A DNA stretch of 62,147 bases, filler included, from 4 parts of 4 records of this genome joined end to end with filler, not necessarily neighbours in it; one strand, 5' to 3'; shown: positions 20,382 to 30,339, counted from the first letter of the whole stretch. Notes: a model not told the origin generated them from the sequence alone. Numbers and translations are program-made.

Positions 20382-21899
20382 TTACTGTCTTGTAGGTTGT
20401 CTAAATCCTTCTTTATCCATTAGGTTAAGCCACTGATTCAGCTTTGTAATAAAGTCTTCATTATTTACAGTCTTTGCCATCATATCAATTAGCTGCTCGG
20501 TTGCAGTCTCCTGATTACCGGCCAGAAGCTTACGCACTCTCCAAATTGTATCAAGCTCTTCTTTTGTCATTAGAACTTCTTCTCTTCGAGTACCTGATCT
20601 ATACAAATCTATAGCGGGGAAGACGCGGCGCTCCTGTAGCTTCCTGTCTAGATGAAGCTCCATATTGCCTGTTCCCTTAAATTCTTCGTATACAATATCA
20701 TCCATTCTGGAACCAGTATCAACTAATGCAGTTGCCAGTATTGTCAGCGAACCGCCGTTTTCTATATTTCTTGCTGCACCAAAAAATCTTTTTGGCTTAT
20801 ATAATGCAGATGGATCAAGACCTCCTGACAATGTTCTTCCAGATGGCGGTACTGTCAGGTTATATGCTCTGGCAAGTCTTGTAATAGAATCAAGTAGTAT
20901 AACAACATCCTTATCCTGCTCAACCAATCTCTTTGCTCTCTCCAGAACCATCTCCGCAATTCTGCAGTGGTTTTCAGGACGTTCATCAAATGTTGATGAT
21001 ATTACTTCGCCCTTTGTTGAACGCTGCATATCCGTAACTTCCTCAGGACGCTCATCAATTAATAGAATAATAAGATGTGTATCAGGATGATTTGCAGTAA
21101 TAGAATTTGCAATATTTTTTAAGAGAGTAGTTTTACCAGCCTTGGGAGGCGATACTATCATACCTCTTTGTCCTCGTCCCACAGGTGCTACTAGGTCAAC
21201 CAGACGTAGAGCAATCTGCTCTGGGTGATTAATAGTTTCAAGCACCAGCTTTTGTTTCGGGAATACAGGTGTTAAGTCATCAAAGTGCTTTCTTTTCTGT
21301 ATTTCACCTGGCGTCTGTTCGTTGATACTTGTAATATACAACATTGCCAGATATCTTTCGTTATCCTTTTCAGGGCGAGTCAATCCCTTTACATGGTCAC
21401 CCTGACGAAGCTTAAACTTTCTAATCTGATTTATAGATACGTAAACATCCTTTTCGCCTTTTTTTGTTGATCTTAGGAATCCATAACCGTCCTGCTGGAT
21501 ATCAAGAATACCGAACGCTTCCTTGCAGTCCTCGTTATTTATTATTTCATTGACAGCACTCTGATTGTTCTTTTTGTGCTTAGCTCCTTTTTTATTATTA
21601 TATTTATGATAATTGTTCTTCTTTACATCATTTGCTGTTGAATCCTCTTTTGCTTCTTCGCTTTTAGAGGTGTGTTTATCTGTATCAGTTTTTTTTGTAT
21701 CAAAAGATTGAGTATCATCTGAGTTTTCAACCACCACTCCGCCTTCCTTATCCAGCTGTTCTCTTATCTCAACGATTTTTTTGTTGATAATATCTATTAT
21801 CTCCTGCTTCTTAGCCTTTTCAGGTATCTCAAGATTTGAATCGTTGGCAATTTTCCTCAGTTCAGCTACTTTCATTTTAGAAAGATTTGGTTCGTTCAT
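20382..21899 (-). CDS. rho: Transcription termination factor Rho
   Basis: DGYGFLR, PPKAGKT, LLIDERPEEVTDM, EEFKGTGNMEL motifs. Confidence 0.97.
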   Translation of the reverse strand: MNEPNLSKMKVAELRKIANDSNLEIPEKAKKQEIIDIINKKIVEIREQLDKEGGVVVENSDDTQSFDTKKTDTDKHTSKSEEAKEDSTANDVKKNNYHKYNNKKGAKHKKNNQSAVNEIINNEDCKEAFGILDIQQDGYGFLRSTKKGEKDVYVSINQIRKFKLRQGDHVKGLTRPEKDNERYLAMLYITSINEQTPGEIQKRKHFDDLTPVFPKQKLVLETINHPEQIALRLVDLVAPVGRGQRGMIVSPPKAGKTTLLKNIANSITANHPDTHLIILLIDERPEEVTDMQRSTKGEVISSTFDERPENHCRIAEMVLERAKRLVEQDKDVVILLDSITRLARAYNLTVPPSGRTLSGGLDPSALYKPKRFFGAARNIENGGSLTILATALVDTGSRMDDIVYEEFKGTGNMELHLDRKLQERRVFPAIDLYRSGTRREEVLMTKEELDTIWRVRKLLAGNQETATEQLIDMMAKTVNNEDFITKLNQWLNLMDKEGFRQPTRQ

Positions 21900-22091
21900 A
21901 TTTATCTCCTATAATTAATATTGTTTTTATGAATAATTGTAATAATTCTGCTTATAGCACTTTCAAAAGCACAATCTACTAAAGCAGTTTATTTTAATTG
22001 CAAAATCTGTAAATACTTTTTACTATCTCTATAATGTTTTACTCTGGTATAATATTAAAATGTGTATTTATATACTATGTGCTTACCAAAA

Positions 22092-22120
22092 ATAATACAC
22101 CCAAAATAATTACTTGTCAA
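22092..22120 (-). promoter_or_regulatory. Probable SigA promoter of rho
   Basis: Minus strand TTGACA (22120-15), 17 bp, TATTAT (22097-92); implies a leader of about 185 nt. Confidence 0.55.
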
Positions 22121-22456
22121 ATAAAGATAATGAACTAAATGCATATAAAATGTCTATTTCTAAATATAATACCTCTGTTATTGTTGAAATCATATTCTCC
22201 AGCGATTATTTGGCAATCATTTCATATTATTTCTTAATAATTATGCTATAATATTTGTCAACACAAAATATACATTGACATTACCTTTTATCGGTAATAA
22301 CATACTACCAGTAAATAGTTAAGTTAATCAGGCAATTTATACTTATTATGCTTTCAAATGCATTTTTTATAAATAAATCTTTGTTAGGCAAGTAAATATA
22401 AATAAGCAAATTAATTTAAGCGATGTACTAAATACTATTAATTAAGGATAAATTTT

Positions 22457-22951
22457 ATGATACAAAGTAAATGGGTTTTCGGAGAAGGCCAAGCTCAAGA
22501 AGCATTCAAAATACGCAGGAAAGTTTTTATAGATGAAATGGGACTAAGCGAAGATGTCCATTTCGATGAATACGAAAACAGAGCACTTCATCTATTAATA
22601 GGCGAAGACGACACATGGCTAGCTACTGGCAAGCTATATGAAGCAGATAAAAAGTTCTACATTGGGGGAATCGCAGTATTACCTGAAATCAGAGGCAAAA
22701 AAATCGGTGATCTGCTAATAAGAGTATTACTGAACAAAGCATTTGAACTGCTGGCTGACAAGGTGTACGTCCATGCAAGGCTAAGTGCTGTAGACTTCTA
22801 CAAGAAGCTGAATTTCGAAGTCTGCTCCGATGAATACGAGTTGGAGCCGGGAGATAAAAGACTACTGATGGTAGTAACTAAGGAAAACTCTCCTTTATCA
22901 CATTCCTGCAGTGATTGCAGCAGTTGCGGCAGATGTCAAGGCAGTCATTAG
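22457..22951 (+). CDS. GNAT acetyltransferase (ElaA/YjcF-like) with Cys-rich tail
   Basis: IRRKVFIDE, IAVLPEIRGKKIG and HAR.SAVDFYKKL motifs; ends CSDCSSCGRCQGSH. Confidence 0.85.
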   Translation: MIQSKWVFGEGQAQEAFKIRRKVFIDEMGLSEDVHFDEYENRALHLLIGEDDTWLATGKLYEADKKFYIGGIAVLPEIRGKKIGDLLIRVLLNKAFELLADKVYVHARLSAVDFYKKLNFEVCSDEYELEPGDKRLLMVVTKENSPLSHSCSDCSSCGRCQGSH

Positions 22952-23044
22952 AACCATATAATCTCTCTATATAACTTGAACAATACTCACAATTATATCC
23001 GAGGCATCAAAAAGAAATAATACTCCATATATGAGCTAAACACT

Positions 23045-23076
23045 ATTAAAGCCAGAACAACGATTCTGGCTTTAAT
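23045..23076. terminator. Probable bidirectional terminator
   Basis: ATTAAAGCCAGAA-caacga-TTCTGGCTTTAAT inverted repeat between convergent genes. Confidence 0.7.
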
Positions 23077-23105
23077 TATTTTCTATTTTTCTATCAATAT
23101 ATATA

Positions 23106-24152
23106 CTATTTAAACACTACTCTCTTCTGCACTATAAAGCTAAGCATAAAGAGTGCTGTATCGCAGATAATCTTTGATATTACGGCGTTTAATCCAATAA
23201 CATTTACAAATACATATGTGAATGCATAGCTTAAGCCAAGAACAATAACAGCCAATGAATAGTACATCAGCAGATGTTTCTTTAGATTGACGTCTTCCTT
23301 ATGTTCAGGTAACAATACTCGTCTGTTAATTGCAAAGTTTACCAAAGAAGAAATAATCCTTGCAAAAACTATAGCCAGCAAGAGTCTGCCCTCAAATACA
23401 CTATAATAGAAATATGAGAACAATACTATGTCTACAATTGCAGAAAATGCAGAGGATAATACATATCCTAATATGATTTTATATATTTTCCATGAATCAA
23501 TTATCGGATTAAAGTGACTGCCTTCATTATTATTCAGATAAACTGTCTCAATGTCCAGCTCTTTTACCTTCAAATTCATATTATTTAATTCCATCAGCAT
23601 GGACATTTCATACTCATATTTTTCACCAGCTAAGCGAAGTATATCAGGAAGAAACTTCTTAGGAATAGCTCTTAGCCCAGTTTGAGTATCGTATATTTTA
23701 TTGCCGCTTACGATTCGAAAGACCGCGCGGGTAATAGTATTTCCTGCCTTGGATTTGAAAGGAACATCTTTCCCTAGTTTTCTGGATCCTAGAATCATGG
23801 TATCTTCTTGATTTGCCATCTCTAGTGCTGCTCTTTTGATGTCATTCGGCAGGTGCTGACCATCAGCATCAGCTGTTACAATTCCCAGGGAATCCTCACC
23901 AGCATGACTTAAATAGTAGTTAATACCTGTCTTTAGGGCTCGTCCCTTGCCCATGTTAATATAATGATTTATCACTTTAACATTTGGAATTTTCTTTGCA
24001 GTATCAAATATATCACTAAATTCCTCGCCGCCGCCGTCATCAACTACTATAATATTCTCATAGCCGTCTGTACTCAGTTCATTCAAAACATTTATCATTT
24101 CATCGCTGGGCTTATAAGCGGGTATCAACACTGTAATATTGTTTATACTCAT
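23106..24152 (-). CDS. GT2 glycosyltransferase fused to a GtrA flippase-like domain
   Basis: LIPAYKP, VVDDG, NMGKGRALK, DADGQH, DTQTGLR motifs plus a C-terminal 4-TM GtrA-like segment. Confidence 0.92.
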   Translation of the reverse strand: MSINNITVLIPAYKPSDEMINVLNELSTDGYENIIVVDDGGGEEFSDIFDTAKKIPNVKVINHYINMGKGRALKTGINYYLSHAGEDSLGIVTADADGQHLPNDIKRAALEMANQEDTMILGSRKLGKDVPFKSKAGNTITRAVFRIVSGNKIYDTQTGLRAIPKKFLPDILRLAGEKYEYEMSMLMELNNMNLKVKELDIETVYLNNNEGSHFNPIIDSWKIYKIILGYVLSSAFSAIVDIVLFSYFYYSVFEGRLLLAIVFARIISSLVNFAINRRVLLPEHKEDVNLKKHLLMYYSLAVIVLGLSYAFTYVFVNVIGLNAVISKIICDTALFMLSFIVQKRVVFK

Positions 24153-24378
24153 ATATCTATCCTAATTACCTCTTTCAAAAATCACTATATTATACCATCT
24201 GATTGAAATATATGTCAACGCAGTATAACCCTCAAATATATTAATCAAATATACCATAGTATTATAGATAAATTATCTCAGTTTCCATAATAAACAAATC
24301 CTAATAATTGTCTCAAAATCCTATACAAATATTTGCAATTAGTATATAATAAAAAAAAGGAAATAAGGAGGCAACCAC

Positions 24379-24407
24379 ATGTTAGAAGTAATTTATGGAA
24401 GACGTGG
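24379..24407 (+). CDS. 5' end of a probable P-loop protein, truncated by contig end
   Basis: AAGGAGG RBS then MLEVIYGRRG..., resembling the beta-strand before a Walker A motif; only 9-10 codons visible. Confidence 0.4.
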
Positions 24408-24507
24408 NNNNNNNNNNNNNNNNNNNNNNNNNNNNNNNNNNNNNNNNNNNNTTAATTAATTAANNNNNNNNNNNNNNNNNNNNNNNNNNNNNNNNNNNNN
24501 NNNNNNN
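24408..24507. other. Artificial contig-joining spacer
   Basis: 44 N + TTAATTAATTAA (stops in all six frames) + 44 N; composition and gene style change across it. Confidence 0.97.
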
Positions 24508-24520
24508 GGCTTTTTTGTTT

Positions 24521-24555
24521 CAGTGACCGGTAACCAGTGACCAGTAACCCGTAAC
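24521..24555. repeat. Tandem heptamer repeat, 5 copies of C(A/G/C)GT(A/G)AC
   Basis: cagtgac cggtaac cagtgac cagtaac ccgtaac. Confidence 0.8.
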
Positions 24556-24590
24556 CAGTCGTAAACAGTGTTTTAGTGAACAGTTGTCGA

Positions 24591-24656
24591 AACCCCTAAC
24601 CCCCTAAACCCTAAACCCTAAACTTCTAAACCCTAAACTTCTAAACCTCTAACCCT
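24591..24656. repeat. Degenerate 6-8 bp tandem repeat, consensus AAACCCT (9 units)
   Basis: aacccct aaccccct aaaccct aaaccct aaacttct aaaccct aaacttct aaacctct aaccct. Confidence 0.85.
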
Positions 24657-24743
24657 TTTATCATTTTCTATTTGATTTATTCTCTAAAATTGTAAATTAG
24701 AGGGTGTTGGCTATATTACATTTTTTAATTAGAAAGGGAAGAG

Positions 24744-27212
24744 ATGAAGAGAAAAACCACTGCACTAATTGTTGCCATAACACTTATTTGTTCGTTTCTG
24801 TTAGCTTCGGACTTTGAAAAAGTAAGATCTTATCAAATAGGTCCGGGAACGATATATTCCTATTACAAAGGCACTTCCAGAACATGGGCAATTCATCTAA
24901 CGGAAATAGATCTTTCGAATCCCTATATTTCATTGGAAACCATTAAAGCGAACGATAGAATGTTCAGCAAGGAAACTCCTTCAAGCATGAGTTCTCGTTT
25001 AGATGCTTCGGGCCACCGCAGCGTTTGCGCCATCAATGGCGATTTTTACAATACTTCAAATGGACAGCCGATCAATAACCAGGTGATCAATGGCGAGTTT
25101 CTCCAAGGCTACACTTATCATCGTTCGGCATTCACATACTCCGATGATGGTATCGGCGGTATTACGATCCCGAGCTTCTCCGGAACGGTCATTTTAAAGG
25201 ATTCTCTTGATGCAAATATTTCACATGGTCTAAATGTTGTAAATAATATTCGCTATACGGATTATATTGTGTTGTACAATAAATATATGGGTAGTAGCAC
25301 TGGAACAAATGAACACGGTTATGAGGTTTTGGCGAATCCGATCAGTGATTGGGTCGTGAACGATACCGTACTTGCCGTTGTAGAGGCAGCTGAAGATTTT
25401 GTTGGCAATATGGCAATTCCTGCCGGCAAGATCATATTATCCGGACATGGGACCGGGAGAACTTTTTTACTTGAAAACTGCAGTATCGGCGACACGGTAC
25501 GCATCGTGCAAAGCTTGGCCAATACGCATGGTAGGGTAACACAACTGGTTGGCGGCGGTCCATGGATCTTGAAAAACGGTGTTGATGTAACTGCATCGAA
25601 CACTGAAGGTGTTGGATCAAGTTTTTATGCTGTAAGGCATCCAAGAACCGGTGTTGGCATATCCGCAGATTCAACCAAAGCCTATTTTATGGTCGTGGAT
25701 GGCCGAAGTACACATAGTATAGGCATGACCTGTCATGAAATGGCGGATTTCTTTGTACATGTCGGAGCTGCTCATGCTACCAATCTTGACGGTGGAGGTT
25801 CCTCGGGATTTGTTGTAAGGAATTCTCTAATGAATGATCCTTCTGATGGTAGCGAGCGAGCTGTTGCTAATGGTTTGGTCTGTGTATCATCAGCTCCGAA
25901 CGGTTCATTTACGTACTTGCAACAAAGTAAAGACAGTATTGCCGTCTATAAAAATAAAAGTGTGGACGCCGGTTTTTCCGGATGGGATGAGTATTATAAT
26001 CCCAAAGCTATTCCTGATTGGAGTACGTTCACAGTAAGTTATGACACCACCTTGGGAACCTTCAGTGAAAATGTGTTCGCTGCAAAAGAAAAGAATGGTG
26101 ATACATTCATTAAAGTCGAGTACGGAACTGAAGCCGATTCGGTACTGATCCATATTATTGAATTAACTGATCTCTCAGTATATCCTGATACCATAACGAC
26201 AGATTCGGTCAATATGATCAAGTATGAAGTTACTGCCGTCAACGAAAACGGTGGCCGAGGCAGGTATACCAATGATCATTTTAAGTTTTTCTCTCTCGAT
26301 CCTTCGATCGCAGCTGTGAATGATCTTGGTGAGATCATTGGAGTGGGGAATGGAGAGACCGGCATTGTCGTGGCTTATGGCGATCAAACTGATACCGCTC
26401 ATGTGATCGTAGAGATCGGTTCAGGTGAAGTTGTCGTTAACGAGATCGAAACGATCGCGGGATGGACAGTTAGCAGTGATACATATATAAATGACTCCGA
26501 GACAAATATTCAACTTGTTGATAGATCGACCGCAACAGGCAGTAAAGCTGTTCAGGTCAACTATTCCAGAACGGGAGATGAAGATGGAAATATTTATCTG
26601 GAAACCGCATCGCAAGCCTTATATGGTGTTCCGTCTTATATTTTGATCGATGTTCTTTCCGACAGTATAAAGCACTGGGTATATGTTATGCTGGAAGACA
26701 GCAGAGGAGTTGATTACAGTGTAAAATGCTCTTCATCTTTAAGATACAATGACGGTTACCGTACACAGTATCTTGATCTTGCAAATTTACTTCCGGCCGA
26801 TGGTGAACAGCTTTATCCCCTAAAGTTCAAAGGTGTGAGATTCCGCATTGATGACAAAGCAACAAGCGGATCCTTGTATTTTGACCGTATTCGCTTGATC
26901 TATCCGAACTGGACATCAGTTGAAGATAATAATGATCACGTCATACCCTCAGAATTCAAATTGAAGCAGAATTACCCGAACCCCTTCAATCCCATTACAG
27001 CTATAAGTTATCAGCTGTCAGCATATAGCAATGTTGATCTGTCAGTCTATGACATAAACGGTAAAAAAGTAGCGACACTTATAAATGGAGGTCAGGGAGC
27101 CGGAACATATACCTTGTATTTTGATGCATCGGATATTCCCGGTGGCCTATATTTCTATCGTTTGATGACCGATAATTGGGCTGATACCAAAAAAATGTTA
27201 CTGATCAAATAA
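24744..27212 (+). CDS. Secreted phosphodiester glycosidase (NAGPA-family) protein with Ig-like and CBM-like domains and a C-terminal secretion sorting domain
   Basis: Signal peptide; AINGDF, GGGP, RHPRTGVG, VVDGR and NLDGGGSS motifs; C-terminal LKQNYPNPFNP...YFYRL...KKMLLIK. Confidence 0.88.
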   Translation: MKRKTTALIVAITLICSFLLASDFEKVRSYQIGPGTIYSYYKGTSRTWAIHLTEIDLSNPYISLETIKANDRMFSKETPSSMSSRLDASGHRSVCAINGDFYNTSNGQPINNQVINGEFLQGYTYHRSAFTYSDDGIGGITIPSFSGTVILKDSLDANISHGLNVVNNIRYTDYIVLYNKYMGSSTGTNEHGYEVLANPISDWVVNDTVLAVVEAAEDFVGNMAIPAGKIILSGHGTGRTFLLENCSIGDTVRIVQSLANTHGRVTQLVGGGPWILKNGVDVTASNTEGVGSSFYAVRHPRTGVGISADSTKAYFMVVDGRSTHSIGMTCHEMADFFVHVGAAHATNLDGGGSSGFVVRNSLMNDPSDGSERAVANGLVCVSSAPNGSFTYLQQSKDSIAVYKNKSVDAGFSGWDEYYNPKAIPDWSTFTVSYDTTLGTFSENVFAAKEKNGDTFIKVEYGTEADSVLIHIIELTDLSVYPDTITTDSVNMIKYEVTAVNENGGRGRYTNDHFKFFSLDPSIAAVNDLGEIIGVGNGETGIVVAYGDQTDTAHVIVEIGSGEVVVNEIETIAGWTVSSDTYINDSETNIQLVDRSTATGSKAVQVNYSRTGDEDGNIYLETASQALYGVPSYILIDVLSDSIKHWVYVMLEDSRGVDYSVKCSSSLRYNDGYRTQYLDLANLLPADGEQLYPLKFKGVRFRIDDKATSGSLYFDRIRLIYPNWTSVEDNNDHVIPSEFKLKQNYPNPFNPITAISYQLSAYSNVDLSVYDINGKKVATLINGGQGAGTYTLYFDASDIPGGLYFYRLMTDNWADTKKMLLIK

Positions 27213-27224
27213 GGACTATTTCAA

Positions 27225-28418
27225 ATGAAGAAAATTCTCATCATAATTTGTGCTATTATTTCACTGGCATATGCGGTTGAAGCTGAACGGGTCATTTTGA
27301 ATTTGACGGAAGAACCGGAAACCTCAATGGCTATTACATTCAGGTTTTATGAAAAAGTCGAGTTAGGATTCTTAGAGTATATTGAAAATGCGGATGATGT
27401 AAAAATGCATACCCGTGCCACTACTACGGATGTGAAGCCAGAGATCGTATATACGGATACCACTGAAACAGTAGCACAATACGTGTGTTCGATCATTCTT
27501 GATGATCTGAAACCCAATACGGAATACGCATACCGTGTCGGTGATCATCAAGACAGTTCTCCATGGTATGTATTCAAGACCGCAAAAGAAGAAGACTATA
27601 ATTTCTCAATTGTTTATCTGGGTGACCCGCAATGGGGTTATAAAACTTACTTGCCAAGGCTTTATGATAAAGCTGTTAAAATAGCACCGGATGCTGCATT
27701 CTGGTTCGTTGCAGGTGATCTTGTCGATTATCCTTACGAAAATTGGCAATGGGATGCTTATTTTGAAGGCGGCCGGGATGTTTTTGCGTTCTATCCCCAC
27801 ATCATGGCTGTCGGAAATCATGCATATCTTTGGGCTTATCGCGATCATCGTGATGAACTGCCGGCTACCTGGCGTCCCCATGTAACTCAACCCGAGAATG
27901 GACCAGCCGGGCTGGAAGAGACCTGTTATTATATCGATTATCAAGGTGTGCGCTTTATTGTCCTGAATGGAAATGAAAGACTTGAAGAACAATCCCAATG
28001 GCTTGACAAGGTACTCCAAGAGAATGATAATTTATGGACGGTGGTCGGTATCCATCAAGGATTCTATCCCTGTGGATGGGAACGAGACTATCCCGCATAT
28101 CGCGAGTTGTTCATGCCCCTCTTTGAAAAATACGGTGTTAATCTTGTTCTGCAGGGTCATGATCATGCCTACACTCGCACCTTTCCTTTGAAAAACGGTG
28201 AGATCATGAAAAAAGCTAAAGATGGGGTTAGCTATGTGATCTCGGTTTCGGGACAGAAGATGTATCCCATCAAATCAAAATTCGACAGTTTGTATGCCAA
28301 GAAAGGCAAGGAAGGTATTCAGTATTTTCAAACACTTGAATTCACAAAAAAACGCATGATATATAAAAGCTACACGGTCACGGGCGAATGCCACGATAAG
28401 TTGGTTATAAAAAAATAA
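27225..28418 (+). CDS. Purple-acid-phosphatase-like metallophosphoesterase with N-terminal FnIII domain
   Basis: Signal peptide; LKPNTEYAYRVG, GDPQ, AGDLVD, GNH and GHDHAYTR motifs. Confidence 0.88.
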   Translation: MKKILIIICAIISLAYAVEAERVILNLTEEPETSMAITFRFYEKVELGFLEYIENADDVKMHTRATTTDVKPEIVYTDTTETVAQYVCSIILDDLKPNTEYAYRVGDHQDSSPWYVFKTAKEEDYNFSIVYLGDPQWGYKTYLPRLYDKAVKIAPDAAFWFVAGDLVDYPYENWQWDAYFEGGRDVFAFYPHIMAVGNHAYLWAYRDHRDELPATWRPHVTQPENGPAGLEETCYYIDYQGVRFIVLNGNERLEEQSQWLDKVLQENDNLWTVVGIHQGFYPCGWERDYPAYRELFMPLFEKYGVNLVLQGHDHAYTRTFPLKNGEIMKKAKDGVSYVISVSGQKMYPIKSKFDSLYAKKGKEGIQYFQTLEFTKKRMIYKSYTVTGECHDKLVIKK

Positions 28419-28430
28419 TGTGAGAAAGCC

Positions 28431-29279
28431 ATGAAAGAGCAACTTGACTGGAACATCATTGATGATATTATCAATTCAGCTTTGGCTGAAGATATCGGTA
28501 CGGGTGACGTTACCTCATTGGCTATGGGTGTTGAACTTGAAGCTGAGGCGGAGATCGTCAGTAAACAGACCGGGATCCTTTCAGGCGTAGAAATAGCTAA
28601 ACGAGTTTTTGAGCTGTATGATCTGAATTTAAAGATCAAATGTATGAAAAAGGATGGAGATCTTCTTGAAACCGGTGATGTAATTCTGAAGATCTCGGGT
28701 GAGGGACGCTCCATCTTGACTGCTGAGCGTACGGCTTTGAATATTATCGGCAGGATGTCCGGGATCGCAAGCTTGACTTCAAAGTTCGTCGAGAAAGCCA
28801 AGGGTACGAATTGCCGCATCCTTGATACCCGTAAAACCATGCCGAATTTACGCATTCTTGATAAATATGCCGTGACCTGCGGGGGCGGTCATAATCACCG
28901 TTATGCACTCTATGATATGATCCTGATCAAAGAAAATCACATCCGCTGGGCCGGTGGGCTTGAACAGGCGCTTGATGCCGCCCTGGAATATGCCAAACCC
29001 CGAGAACTGGATATTGAGATCGAAGTAACCGGTTTGTATGAATATGAACGTGCCGCAAAATACCCTGTCAAGATGATCATGCTCGATCATTTTACACTTG
29101 ATGAGCTCCGGGAAGCCGTATCAATTGAACATGGCGATATCCTGTTGGAAGCTTCCGGTGATGTGAACTTGGATACGGTTGGATCGATAGCCGGAACCGG
29201 TATCGATGTGGTATCGGTAGGTGCTTTGACCCATTCTGTCATCAATTACGATTTTTCTTTGTTATTCCATGAAAAATAA
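28431..29279 (+). CDS. nadC: Nicotinate-nucleotide diphosphorylase (carboxylating)
   Basis: EDIGTGDVTS, ERTALN, DTRKTMP, NHR and LIKENH motifs. Confidence 0.95.
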   Translation: MKEQLDWNIIDDIINSALAEDIGTGDVTSLAMGVELEAEAEIVSKQTGILSGVEIAKRVFELYDLNLKIKCMKKDGDLLETGDVILKISGEGRSILTAERTALNIIGRMSGIASLTSKFVEKAKGTNCRILDTRKTMPNLRILDKYAVTCGGGHNHRYALYDMILIKENHIRWAGGLEQALDAALEYAKPRELDIEIEVTGLYEYERAAKYPVKMIMLDHFTLDELREAVSIEHGDILLEASGDVNLDTVGSIAGTGIDVVSVGALTHSVINYDFSLLFHEK

Positions 29280-30216
29280 ACCCGATAAAGCATTTTGCCT
29301 GATCCTGCTTGGTCCGACAGCCAGCGGAAAAACAGCTCTTTCACTTGAAATGGCAAAGTGGCTGGATGCCGATATTATTTCGGCGGACAGCCGGCAGATC
29401 TATCGCTATATGGATATTGGGACGGCAACACCCACTTTGCACGAACTTTCGAGTGCAAAACATTACTTTATCAACGAACTTGATCCCGATGAAACTTTTT
29501 CGGCGGGCGAGTTTGGAGTTAAGGCCAGAAAATTAATAGTTGAAAAGATCGAAGCGGGTAAGAACGTGATCGTTTGCGGTGGTTCGGGACTTTATATTCA
29601 AGCCCTTCGCGGTATGATCTCCGATACCCTGGCAACAGATGAAAATATTCGAAAAGCTATTCAAATTAAAGCGAAGGCTAAAGGCTGGCCGACATTATTT
29701 GAAGAGTTGAAACTTATCGATCCGAAATTTGCCGAGGGTATGGATGGACAAAATCCCAAACGCGTTTGCCGGGCACTTGAGATCTGGGAAATGACAGGGA
29801 AGAAACCCTCTGAAGTATATGCGGTAGAAGAAGAAGGGCTTTCATGGCCGAATATCTGCATTGGATTGAATCCGGATAGGAGGATCTTGTATGATCGCAT
29901 CAATCAGCGGGTTCTTGATATGGTGGAAGAAGGACTTGTTGAAGAAGTTGAAAAGCTTCTTGACAAGGGTTATTCCAAAAATATGAATGCCTTGAATACG
30001 GTTGGCTATAAAGAGATCATTTCGTTTTTGAATAATGACATGGATAAAGATAAAGCCATTTCAGAGATCCAGAAAAATACCCGCCGATTTGCCAAGCGCC
30101 AGATGACCTGGTTCAGGAAATATTCTCCAGATCATTGGATAGCATATAATACGGAACCGAATCTGAGTGATATCGTAGAAGAATCGAAAAATTTGATAAT
30201 TGAATTTTTGAAATAG
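29269..30216 (+). CDS. miaA: tRNA dimethylallyltransferase
   Basis: GPTASGKT, SADSRQIYRYMDIGTA, GGSGLY and TRRFAKRQMTWF motifs. Confidence 0.96.
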   Translation: MKNKPDKAFCLILLGPTASGKTALSLEMAKWLDADIISADSRQIYRYMDIGTATPTLHELSSAKHYFINELDPDETFSAGEFGVKARKLIVEKIEAGKNVIVCGGSGLYIQALRGMISDTLATDENIRKAIQIKAKAKGWPTLFEELKLIDPKFAEGMDGQNPKRVCRALEIWEMTGKKPSEVYAVEEEGLSWPNICIGLNPDRRILYDRINQRVLDMVEEGLVEEVEKLLDKGYSKNMNALNTVGYKEIISFLNNDMDKDKAISEIQKNTRRFAKRQMTWFRKYSPDHWIAYNTEPNLSDIVEESKNLIIEFLK

Positions 30217-30225
30217 AAAGATAAA

Positions 30226-30339
30226 TGTCATCTCGACCGAACCCTGATTAATATCAGGGGAAGTGGAGAGATCTCAAAGTTCAAAACATTTACTTTGTGG
30301 TTGAGATTTCTCCGCTCGCTTTGCTCGGTCGAAATGACA
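30226..30339. repeat. Long palindromic intergenic element (REP-like hairpin)
   Basis: TGTCATCTCGACCGA ... TCGGTCGAAATGACA terminal arms, internal arms GGAGAGATCTC/GAGATTTCTCC, and a nested CCCTGAT-taat-ATCAGGG hairpin. Confidence 0.75.

Noticed and set aside
24452..24463. TTAATTAATTAA palindrome occurring three times
   Set aside because: Always centred in identical N-runs; it is a synthetic six-frame-stop linker, not biology.
24591..24656. True telomere or eukaryotic contamination
   Set aside because: The tract is short, degenerate and internal, and is followed directly by bacterial operon genes.
24521..24656. CRISPR array
   Set aside because: Units are 6-8 bp with no spacers, and there are no cas genes in the window.
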